Positions 1 through 11,182 of a stretch of 41,953 nucleotides of DNA are shown piece after piece. Position numbers and translations under genes: made by a program. Source of the stretch: Octopus bimaculoides (lineage: Eukaryota); NCBI RefSeq assembly GCF_001194135.2, contig NC_068986.1, positions 80,405,663-80,447,615 of the forward strand, written 5' to 3'. The notes under the pieces are model-generated. The model worked only from the letters and a program-made list of their open reading frames with translations. It ran no database searches and was not told where the DNA came from. Positions within the stretch are counted from its first letter, which is position 1. Each line of letters begins with the position of its first letter.

Positions 1-455
1 TAGCTGTTATTTCTAGCATATCAAGTTTCGTGGTGGGGACTCCACATGTGATCCTTTTTCTGTTTCAATATAAATTGAAGCCGTTCATTTTCACATCTAA
101 GTTGCGGGAAGGCTACTCGTACGACCTGGACATGTAGAACACAATGTCAAAAATGAAAATCGCCCCCTCCCCGTGGGTGGGTGCGGGGGTATGTGTGTGT
201 GTGTGTGGGGGGGATCTCAAATTTTTTTTTAAAGGGGAAATCGCATGACCGGGACATATAGAACACATTATCGAAAACGAAAATCGCCTAACTTAAAAAA
301 TAAAAAAGTTACATCCATTTTCCCTCAGTGTCTAATTCCAATGCCCACCGAACATTCTTTTCTCGTTCACGAGAAGAGAATCCATATATCAAGACAGAGG
401 GATTGGTTAAATAGTAGTAATCCAGGCGAAATATTTCTTAATATTTCTGTTGATA

Positions 456-601
456 TGTTCTGAGTTCAAATTCCGCCGAGGTCGACTTTGCCTTTCATCC
501 TTTAGGGGTCGATAAATTAAGTACCAGTTGCGTAGTGGACTCGATCTAATTGACTGGCTCTCTCCCCCAAAATTTCGGGCCGTGTGCCTAGAGTAGAAAA
601 G
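456..601 (+). mobile_element. SINE family A (tRNA-head), 5'-truncated copy with 16-bp target-site duplication
   Basis: GAGTTCAAATTCCGCCGAGGTCGAC B-box head. AATATTTCTGTTGATA at 440-455 and 602-617. Confidence 0.85.
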
Positions 602-1846
602 AATATTTCTGTTGATAAAGATGCACCGGGCTAACAAAATCTTGTGATCAATCTTGTACTCCAGATAATCCAGATAATCCCTCACCAGTCAAATCTGTAA
701 ATCCACTATTTCAATACCCAGAAGGAAGAGACGGAGATGTATAGAGGGTGTTGTTCTTTGTGTTTCTTAGGTTGTGATAACACGTGATGCACAAAAATGT
801 TGGATAATAGACGTGGTTAATGGAATAACTAGGGGTATTAAAATGTCAGGTTGTTGATTGACCAAAAGTGCATTGGGAGACACTGCACAGGTATATGTGG
901 AAACGGCCAGCATTCACCAGAATGATTGTTCGTACAGTATCTTTGCAAAAAACACACACACACCGTACCCTATATTTTTTAAATATGCATTTGGCTTTCT
1001 CTTATTCTCTCTGTTTCACATTATATCTTTCTGTCTCGATCACTCACTCTATTATTTTTCTATCATGCTTCAATCACTCTATATCGTTTAGTCACTTTGT
1101 ACACTTTATTCACTCTATATCCCCCTCTCACTATATTCTACTCCCTTATTCTATATCCTTCGCTCACAATATTTCTCTCTGTGTCTTGCATGTATTCATT
1201 ATCCCTCTCTTTTCTTATTTCACAATCGTTCATATCTAATCGCGTCTCGTTATTTTCTCTAAACAGGAGCGTTCCTCATTCCATTTTTTATATTTATGAT
1301 ATTTGTTGCTATCCCGACATTACTGCTTGAAAATGCTGTTGCCCAATTTGCAAATTTAGGGCCAGGAAAATCGTGGGTTTTGTGCCCCCTTTTTAAAGGT
1401 AAATCCTCATTTTATTATATTACTGCTGCTGTTATAGCTGTTATTTAAACCAAGGACAAACCCGATCGAGTAGATATATAATCAAAGACACAAAAATCAC
1501 TCTTTTTAAGGCGACTGAATATATAATGTGTCCTTTTTTAGACATTAGCGTGTATTTTTAAGGAGACTTGAGTGCAATGCCCAGCAGATCGCATGACCTT
1601 TTTAAAATCTCACGTTTATTGCAATTGCTTGAAGTTGATTAGGATTAGGTCAGCTATAATTAACCAGACCGTTAATATTCCATTATTTTCAGGTATAGTG
1701 CATCTTCGCATACATTTACTAATGTGTCCATTTTTATTAGAATGGTAGATTGTGGTCTGATGGTTATTTCATTGCTTATCTCTGTCTGAACAACATAAAT
1801 GTTCCTTAATCGGCTGTTGTTGACTCATGTTTTTGTTCTTTTGTAG

Positions 1847-2123
1847 GTGTTGGCACTGCAATGGTTGTAACAAATTCCCTTATTGGTATCTACTACAATG
1901 TGATCATAGCCTGGGTACTGTACTACCTGTATAGTTCCATGCACCCCACACTTGCCTGGAGTAGTTGTAATAACACCTGGAATACACATCTTTGCTATGA
2001 CTCAATTTTTTTGCTGAATAATTCTCGAGTTAATTCCACGTTAGATATGATGCTAAACTCAACGTTGGATGTTAATGTATCTTCATCTCTGGCATTGAAG
2101 TCATCTGTTGAAGAATACTGGGA
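1847..2123 (+). CDS. SLC6/NSS transporter exon (TM3 + EL2), first exon visible in window
   Basis: ttgtAG|GT acceptor and GA|GTAAGT donor. Translates (G)VGTAMVVTNSLIGIYYNVIIAWVLYYLYSSM...WSSCNNTWNTHLC...SSVEEYW(E), with the YYNxIIAW, W..C.N.WNT..C and EEYW SLC6 motifs. Confidence 0.97.
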
Positions 2124-2529
2124 GTAAGTCAAATTATTTCTTCTTTGTGTTTCACATTAAATCTGAATAATCTGATAACATCTTCTTTTGCTTGGAACTG
2201 AGGATCCATGAGTGAATTTCCCTTACGTTTATGTGTTAGTTTAAAGAGTAAACTATGGGATCGCAATAAACTAATCATAGCGTGTTTGTTTATCTCTATA
2301 CATTTTGTAAACACTTAATCACAAACACTGGCGGGACCAGGCATGGATGTGTGGTAAGAAACTTACTTTCTAACCACATGGTTCTGGGTTCAGTTCTACT
2401 GCGTAGCACCTTGGCTATCTTCTACTATAGCTCCGAGCCGATCACAAGCTTGTGAGTCGATTTGGTAGACGGAAACTGACAGAAGTCCACTGTTGTATGT
2501 ATGTATATATATATATGTCAAAAGGATGT

Positions 2530-3250
2530 GCTATGATACTATTCCACAGCCATACCAACAATCCAACATACCTCTATCATCAGCTGCCCCACAGATATCA
2601 TTATGGTTTCGACACCTGAGCAGTACCATTCAATCCGGCGGTGTCTACACCACTAAAATAAGTGTTGTTTGGGAAAAAGCAAATCAAAGAAACCACAACT
2701 TTCAAACACATTTACCCTATGTACAATCGAATCGGTAAATAAATTTAATAAGTAAATTACAATCAACTCCTCAGTACCTATCTAAACAACGACAAATCTA
2801 TCAAGTCAGACAAAAATTATAATCCCCACCGTCTTCCGTAGAATAATATGAAAGTGAAAGCTTAATAACCACATTCTTTCAATCAATCAATTTATAGGTA
2901 GGATTAAACACTAACTTTAATAAAGCTACAACAAAGAAACATATAAACCAATGTACATTGTATCGGTATCAATAGTAAAATGCAATAACTAAATGATGCT
3001 GCATCGAAGAGGCCAGGGAATAGAAGAAAGAAGACATGCACCCAACACCAGAGCTGAAGACACCTCCGAAAGGAGGGGCCCCGCCACGTCAAAACGGTAG
3101 AGGAGTAGGGGCCGAAACCGGACGTGGTTCCTCCTGATGATGTCTTGAGCTAACTGGATCCTATAAAGGAGCTGTTGTGGTAGCAGACCACGAAACATGG
3201 TTGAAATTCCCCAATCGCGACTAATCATTAAGTCCGTACAAATAATAATC
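2530..3250 (+). mobile_element. Highly decayed Penelope-like element 3' remnant ending in hammerhead-like motifs
   Basis: Weak similarity (HTSIISCPTDII...QYHSIRRC) to the region C-terminal to PLE RT, plus tandem hammerhead cores at its end. Confidence 0.4.
3051..3206 (+). ncRNA. Two tandem degraded hammerhead-like cores
   Basis: CTGAAGA(3054)...GAAAC(3114) and CTGATGA(3134)...GAAAC(3192), each one to a few changes from a foldable type I hammerhead. Confidence 0.45.
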
Positions 3251-3291
3251 CCAGCAGTCTTTCATAGTTACTACTTAATGAAAGTTAAAGC

Positions 3292-3323
<32 letters not shown>

Positions 3324-3389
3324 AAATGTTAGAGGTAATACTTGACAATTGTAAGCACCAGTGTATGTCAGCTCGTGGTTGAGGTGAAT

Positions 3390-3531
3390 GAATAAATTGT
3401 AAATGCAAAAATAAAAACAAAAGCACAAAGGATTCTGCGGTACACGTGTTTCAAGTACAATATTGTCAATTATACACTGATGTAACAACTATAAAGTTGT
3501 TACATCAGTGTATAATTGACAATATTGTACT
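3390..3531 (-). mobile_element. Inverted partial copy of the hammerhead-bearing repeat at 4990-5120
   Basis: 3395-3455 is the reverse complement of 5060-5120, including GAAACACGTGTACCGCAGAATCCTTTG. 3460-3496 matches 5024-5060. Confidence 0.85.
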
Positions 3532-4993
3532 ATACCTCGTAGAATTCTTAGTTTGATATATTTATACATAATTTTCTCGGTACTCCAGAATCCGTCCATA
3601 CCTTGCCACAATTCAGTGTGTAGTGTTAAGTTAGTGGTTAAAACCAATATAATAAAATAACATAACAAAAATGAAATAATAAAATAAAATAAAATAGGAA
3701 TATAAAATACTAAGAAGAAAAAATAATACAGATATTCATACAGAAATAAAACTAAAATAAAGTAAAACATAAAAGGAGTCAAATCGGTGGGGTGGGTAAT
3801 CTAAGAACCAATAAGAGAAAATCTGGATAGTCAAGTAAGATACATGTGAGCTTTTTAGACGGGTTGGTGAAGGGTGGTGAGGAAAAATCTAAATGTAGAA
3901 GAAGATAAAGCGATAAATAGATATAGATACAGAGATCTTAAAGGTCGTAAGGGATAGATATATATGAGCTGTGTCTGCCTATATCAGTGGTGGGTCGTAA
4001 ATAAGTAGTGTCAGGCCAGAATAAACTTGAAACATGATATTCTTGTGGTGAGTGGTCAACCTAAGCGAATTACAACTTAAGTGTACTAACTTATCTACAT
4101 ACACTTATCTAGATGAAGAAGGGTTGAAGTGGAAAGGGTAATTATAACATAGAAGACCTTAAAGAATGAATAATTAAACATGTCAACAAGNNNNNNNNNN
4201 NNNNNNNNNNNNNNNNNNNNNNNNNNNNNNNNNNNNNNNNNNNNNNNNNNNNNNNNNNNNNNNNNNNNNNNNNNNNNNNNNNNNNNNNNNNNNNNNNNNN
4301 NNNNNNNNNNNNNNNNNNNNNNNNNNNNNNNNNNNNNNNNNNNNNNNNNNNNNNNNNNNNNNNNNNNNNNNNNNNNNNNNNNNNNNNNNNNNNNNNNNNN
4401 NNNNNNNNNNNNNNNNNNNNNNNNNNNNNNNNNNNNNNNNNNNNNNNNNNNNNNNNNNNNNNNNNNNNNNNNNNNNNNNNNNNNNNNNNNNNNNNNNNNN
4501 NNNNNNNNNNNNNNNNNNNNNNNNNNNNNNNNNNNNNNNNNNNNNNNNNNNNNNNNNNNNNNNNNNNNNNNNNNNNNNNNNNNNNNNNNNNNNNNNNNNN
4601 NNNNNNNNNNNNNNNNNNNNNNNNNNNNNNNNNNNNNNNNNNNNNNNNNNNNNNNNNNNNNNNNNNNNNNNNNNNNNNNNNNNNNNNNNNNNNNNNNNNN
4701 NNNNNNNNNNNNNNNNNNNNNNNNNNNNNNNNNNNNNNNNNNNNNNNNNNNNNNNNNNNNNNNNNNNNNNNNNNNNNNNNNNNNNNNNNNNNNNNNNNNN
4801 NNNNNNNNNNNNNNNNNNNNNNNNGGGAGTAGTTAATTAGAGGAGGTGTAGAAGTGCATATAACTAAAAGAGAGGATTTAGGGGTTATAATATCTAAAGG
4901 TTTTCATCATTTTATGGATACAGGAGGGTTTGAAATCTGACCTCTTATTAACTAGTTTATTCTTATCAGGGAATTTAATAATTTTCAAAAGTT

Positions 4994-5090
4994 CAAGGGA
5001 GCATAGCGGCTGAAGATAGCTTTATATTGTCAATTATACACTGATGTAACAACTATAAAGCTTGAAACACGTGTACCGCAGAATCCTTTG
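4994..5090 (+). ncRNA. Type I hammerhead ribozyme motif (PLE-type, palindromic stem III)
   Basis: CAAGGGA-gcata-GCGG CTGAAGA t AGCTTTATA-(27 nt)-TATAAAGCT t GAA ACACGTGT A CCGC-agaa-TCCTTTG. Both core boxes and stems I, II and III are all present. Confidence 0.8.
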
Positions 5091-6120
5091 TGTTTTTGTT
5101 TTTATTTTTGAATTTACAATATATGTATGTGTGTGTGTGTGTGTTGGTGTGTGTGCATGTATGTATGTATGTATGTATGTATGTATGTATGAATGTATGT
5201 ATGCATGTATATGTGTATGTGTGTGTGTATGCGCGCGCGTCTTTGAATTTGTGTTCGTCCCCACCACTGGTGTTTGGTTACGTAACTTGGCAGTTCGGCA
5301 AAAGAATTACCGCTGGGCTTTTAAGAATAAGTATTGGGGTCGATTTCTTCGACTAAAATCCTATAAGGTGGTGCCCCAGCATGACCGCAGTCCAATGACT
5401 ATAATAAATAAAAGATAAAAGATAACCAATACATAATAAGTGATCAGGACCAGCCTCTTCGAAACAATAATCCCAAAGGAGCGTTCCTATCTTCAGGTCA
5501 AGAGCAACACGAGCACAAATGGCACAAGCACACATACATCCACCAACTAGAGATCCCCTTTCCTTCATATTCCTCAACAAATGACGAAGGGAAGAAGAGG
5601 GGAGGTCAGAACCTAACAAAACGCTGGCACGGAAGTGAAAAGAATAAAAAAAAAATACGAGTGACCATCAGCTCATTGTGAAAAAAAGTAAAAACGTAAA
5701 TGACTAAGGAAAAAGATAAGAAACTAGTCATTTACCAGCATAATTACCAAGAAGAACAACAACAAGAACAGCAAAAATCCCCTAAGAAATGTTGCAAAAG
5801 CAACAATAACGGATAAACTTTGACATACGAAACTCCGCTGTTGTAAAAAAAAAAGGCAATAAAGAACTGGAGGTTTATATAACGCAGAACAAGTTCATGC
5901 CAAAGGGAAGGGTTTTGTGAGATTCGCATTGAGGTCCCCATCAAATTAATGCTTGGCACTAATGCCAATAAACAGAAAGTTTTAAAATCATGCAATACAA
6001 AATCAGACTGAAGGCTTGTGGAGGAGCCATTCAAAAAACCCCATTTCATGAAGACTGCATTACTTGTCTTTCCACAAGTCCAAGGTAAGTAACCACACTA
6101 ATTCCCGTTTTCCGACCAGA

Positions 6121-6800
6121 ATGGCAATATTCATAATAGGAAGTATAAATGTGCATATCCTGGGTTTTCCTTGGAAGAAGGTCGCATTTTCAACTAGATA
6201 TAGATGTGATATACATCATTGAGACCAGAATTTCCGCAAGGCACATCTTCACACCCATCTTCGACGACTGCGAGGTGTATGGACCAATTAACCGGTCTTC
6301 ATCGAGAGTAGGATGATGGAAAGGTTTGAACTTCCTGGAGTTGAACGGTAAGTATAAAAAGTAAACAATCAAAATGCGAGGTGATGTACACCACACGAGA
6401 AGAGGAGACACTTCCTACAGAGAAAGAATTCATATTTTACGAAGGAGATCCCATATTCTGTCAGCAGGAATCAGCTTCTTGATCCATACTGATAGAACGA
6501 AATGAAATTCACTGCTATTCGCATGACTAATGATGCTCCAATAAGACACGTGTAGAATATATGCGAATAATTTCCAAACAAAGGACGGTTTGAAAAGAAA
6601 ATGGGATCACATACTAAGCAACGTAGAAAAGATTGAGTATCAGAAGAAACTTCCGATAGACTTTACGATGTGTTATATTTCAATGATCTAGAGGACAATA
6701 ACCCGAAAGTGCCTCATAGAAGATGTTAGTAGCTATCAACAAAGGAAGGAAGCAGACTGGAGTCATTACGAGAAACAGATTATCCTGGTCAATGCAAGCG
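6121..6800 (+). mobile_element. Decayed L1/Tx1-like LINE ORF2 N-terminus (AP endonuclease)
   Basis: MAIFIIGSINVHILGFPWKK...(frameshift)LDIDVIYIIETRIS resembles the APE start (xNVxGL...DVIxLQET). Many stops and frameshifts. Confidence 0.5.
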
Positions 6801-8399
6801 GTCGGTTACATATTTTTAATATACTTTGTCTTAATTATTGCACGTTTTTTTAACATCATATCCTTTGTAATATATCCCATGCAAATGCTTGTGCTAAATA
6901 AACGTTTAGTTCATCCAATTATAAAATACATGTTTTTCACTTCTCTTGTCTTTGTATAACTTATCCATTTCAATTCACTTGTCTTTGCAAGCACTCTATT
7001 GAACGTTTGTTTGTACATGTGTGTATCTCTCCAAACCGTTATGGTTAGTAATGAAATTGTTGTTGTTGTTGTTGTTTTGCTGTTGTTATATCCGACTCAT
7101 GTAGTGTGAAGACGTCACTTTTCTTCTCTGAGACACGATTTATTCACACATTAGTAAATAAAAAGTTACTTGGAATACTTGTAAAAAAGAACGAAGGAAA
7201 ACCTACATTCGATTTTCGAAAGTAGAATAAGAATTTTGTTTTGCAAATTAAAAAAATATATATATTTATACAGATGATATTTTTGCTTCCAAAACGGCTA
7301 CCAAACGTATTTATGAAACATGACTGAGCAATTAATAGTTGTCTCCAATACTGAAATAAATAATTTTGAATCTAACGACAATAATAACAACAGAAGCGAT
7401 CGCACGAATTCAAATACTGTGCTTAGTAGTTTAGTTAAGAGGCAAAATTTCTCTTAACACAAACTAAACAGAATTTCTGGACCTGTCTCTGCTACTAGTA
7501 ATTGCGTTAATTTTGTAAAATCAAGCAACATTTCTTTGCCACAAGTCCTGATCTAGGAGTGAGCGATGAGAAATATATAACTCTGCTTATGAAAGGACTA
7601 TTAGGATTTTGAAAGAACAACCATGTACATACATTAATATATACATACAGATACATGTACACATACACACGCATGCATACTTGTATGGAAGTGAGAAAAG
7701 AAATTCAATAAAACACAACAATTAAAAGAAGATATAATGAAAGGAATAAAATATGAAAGGTTACTGGTTAGGGCACTCCACAACACACTTAAGCATTTCT
7801 CAAATTGTGTACGATTGCTACCAAATGCACCAGTAAGCATTTTTTAAAGGTATTTAGTGTTTTAAAAACTTGGCCCTTTCCAGGGTATACCATTTTAAGC
7901 CTGGGGAATTGTTTACCAATAATATTCTTGTTGCTGGTTGTTTATATTGTAAACCTAGCTGTTTTATTTCATTTTAACTTCTACGGAAAGTCCATGGCAC
8001 CACACATGAATAATTATGTCTATTAACTGTTTATCGATTGTTGAATAACGGAAGTATTAGTTCTTTTTCCGCCTCTTCGTTTACCTCCCGAGAAAGAGTT
8101 TCATACTCATTTTGAAGAAATGGTTCCACTTCATTTGTTTTGTTGTTATTTGTTTCCTTTTTCACGGTTGCTATTTTCACCGATGGTTAGAAGGTTTTCA
8201 TAAAAAACTGTTATTGCATGATATTGGCTCGTATAGCTGGTTGGCATTGTTAGGAGATGAGATGTTTGTTCATCTATTTTTAATTCTAAGTGTAAAAAGA
8301 TTTCACTTGTCACCCCAGAGTTTTGGCTGATGGCACTCTGGTAAGTGGGATTTGTGTTCTTTTTGCTACTTCATCTGATCTTTATTTTCGTATATCTTT

Positions 8400-8582
8400 T
8401 TACCTTTCCAATTCAGGGCATCCAGCTCTGAGGTGATTCTTACTACGACATATGCAGCAAGTAGATTGTCTGTCCCGTATCATTAATCTCGTGTCTTTTG
8501 TTTTGGTGATTTCTATAAGGCAGAGCTCCGGTATGGCTTTATGACCTTGGTAAATAGATCTGTCAGTCATCAGAACTGGCAA
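8400..8582 (-). mobile_element. LINE ORF1/gag-like CCHC zinc-knuckle fragment (L1/Tx1-like)
   Basis: ORF contains C-CI-C-RSKN-H-LRAG-C (CX2CX4HX4C) after RLMIRDRQST, as at the ORF1 C-terminus. Confidence 0.6.
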
Positions 8583-9329
8583 ATTTATTTTCTAACTTTG
8601 AAACTATCTCTCTGAGTATTTGTGATATTATTTTGTATTAACTTTTTCCTAAACTGTCCATTTCTCTTTCATAGTGTACATTCAGTTGTGTTTCAATTTG
8701 TATTTGCTATCATAGTGTTCAATCTTGTAGAATAAATATATTTGGTTGCCATTTTGGATGTGAAACACACTTTTCATTTCGTTGTCTGCCTCTGGATAGT
8801 GAGGGAAAGCTTGTCTTACTACTACTACTACCAACGACAACACCGATAACAACGACGACGACGACGACGATGATGATAGTGATGATGATGATGATGGTCA
8901 TGATAGTTTCTACGACATTAGTTATACAATATTTAGTATATTATTAGAAGTAGTTATTAATATTATTTTCATTCCATTTTTGCGGGTCTTATACAGACGC
9001 TTGATAAGCTATTATCTGTGGCCTGGAACAAGGGAAGGTAAGTAAGTGAATAGATGCTTTTTGCTATGTGCGAATAGAGTGTCATAAATGTACGTTAGTT
9101 ACAGAAAAATATGTGCTCTGTATATATATTTTGGAGTTGAATATATTTGAAGTGTAAAAGCATACAAAGTATGATTTAAATACGGTAGGGAAGGATAACG
9201 CTTAAGGTGTATCACATTAATTTGCAAGTATATTTTAATTCATATTCAAACTGAAGAGGCTTTTTTCGTAAAATGTGTGCAGTGCTAATCAATTCTGCTT
9301 ATTTTAATTTCTTGGAGGTATTGCTAAAA

Positions 9330-9990
9330 CCATGATGCCGTTTTCTTATTATACGTAATGTCCCTATGATTAGTAAGTCTGTTTTCGTTTTAAGGGGACA
9401 CATCTTTTTCTATTTATCTCTATTTAGTTTTTCAAATTCTTTTACGGAGAAGTTTTTATCCACTGGAATACTCATACAATACACTTGCAGATTTATTTTT
9501 CTAGTCCTCTATGATGACATCCGCTCTGCTTGAATTGTCCAGTCTGTGCTGATTGGGGATTCCCACAGTACAGTTACATTGATTGGGGATTCCCAAAGTA
9601 CTGTTACATTAGCAACTCCCATTGTTGGCTCTGGGTCGTGCTCATACCATTGATGGAAGTCATATTTTGTTATGGTAACGTAGCTTTCCTTGAAAGTATT
9701 TGTCTATTCTGTCATGGCGGTACTTATACTCATTTAGAATCGGTACAGGAGCACTTGAAAAAAAAAGTAGTTATTGCTTCGTCATAGTGGTTACAAAATC
9801 GGCATTTTTAGGTTTGCATCATATTTTAAGATTTGGGCTTGGTAGTTTCTAGTAATCAAGCTTCGGTTTTGTGCTGCCAGTATGAATCCTATTGTATCTA
9901 CTTTTAACCCGCAACTCCTCTGCTGCTAATGGATTGTTTTCTGGTTTCTTTACTTCGGAGTACATACTCTTTATGCCGAGACTGACTTTG
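9330..9990 (-). mobile_element. R4-clade non-LTR retrotransposon 3' fragment (zinc knuckle + RLE)
   Basis: Minus strand reads DTIGFILAAQNRSLITRNYQAQILKYDANLKCRFC...EYKYRHD...WYEHDPEP...VTVLWESPI across frameshifts. Confidence 0.8.
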
Positions 9991-11049
9991 TTTTTTATCC
10001 TTTTGGGTTCGAGAAAATAAATACCAGTTAAACACCGGGGTCAATGTACTCGACTACCCTCTTCCCTCAAAATTTCAGGGCTTGTGCCTATAGTAGAAAG
10101 AATTATTATTTTTCATTCTATGAACGAAAATCGTTAGGATTTTCATCACCATTTATCTTTCCATGGATTCGATAAGTAATATGTATTTAGTCAATGTATC
10201 AAATCGATAAAAATCGTGGTTTTGTATCAACGTTCTAAGTCTCCTGAAAATACATAAATGATTTGGTATTGCCACATAGTAATAAGAACAATAACAGTCC
10301 TGTCTATTACTAAGGTAAGTAACTGATGAATAAGTAGTCAGTAAAATAGGAATTCTATTTTAAAATCTGATTTATTGTTGTTGCTTAGTCGCAGGCCAGA
10401 ACTGATCGAATGAGTTTGTAGTAACGCCGTGCGCATGCGTAGTCTCACGCATGCGTGGAATTAAACAAGCAAGCTTTCCCGCTTAATTCTACCTCTTTCT
10501 TGCTGGCCAGCAATAGAGCATGGACGTGTCAAGCAGTGTCTCTGACATTCCAACCTGGAGACAGTCTCTTTACGTGTATAGCTGTCACTCTCCATCTTTC
10601 GGACTTACACTCGACAGCTCGCTCACATCTACATAACAACGTCCCAACAACTATGCTCACACAATCAGAAGCTGTAACAACAAGAGCTAAAGATGTATAT
10701 ATTTACCACCTAAATAAAGTGTTGTTTAAGTTGATAGTCTGGAGTTCAGCGTTCCGTTATATTTCTTAATTTTATATAGGAGAGTCAGGTATACATCTAA
10801 TGATGTATAACCAACTTTCCTATAAGTTTTTAATCTAATTCATTCTCGACCATCGTATCTTATTTTTAGATATAGTGTATCCAGAACTATTGTATTATCC
10901 AGTGTGATCTTAAAGTGGCTGGGTGAGATTCGAGTGGTGTTTAGCTGCTGTTTGTAGCATATCTAACAACCAAGTAGATACTCAATCAACTCATATTGCC
11001 TTTACAACCTTTCGTTCACTGAAAGTATTTTATTATATTCTCGATGTAG

Positions 11050-11182
11050 ACGTCATGTGTTGAACCTGTCACCAAGTGTTAACAACATAGGAACTGTACG
11101 ACCACCTTTACTCTTGTGTCTCTTCTTGATTTGGTTGATAACATTCCTCTGTCTTTCAAAAGGTATCAAGACATCTGGTAAG
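11050..11182 (+). CDS. SLC6 exon (end of EL2 + TM4)
   Basis: gtAG|A...AAG|GTAAGT. 133 nt, phase 2 to 0, fits the previous exon. (E)RHVLNLSPSVNNIGTVRPPLLLCLFLIWLITFLCLSKGIKTSGK. Confidence 0.96.

Noticed and set aside
2576-2612. Possible type II hammerhead on the minus strand
   Set aside because: Stem III does not pair and the UH site is missing.
6079-6084. Possible 6-nt in-frame microexon (AAG|TCCAAG|GTAAGT)
   Set aside because: Weak acceptor inside LINE-derived sequence and it would disrupt the conserved EEYWER motif. Needs junction reads.
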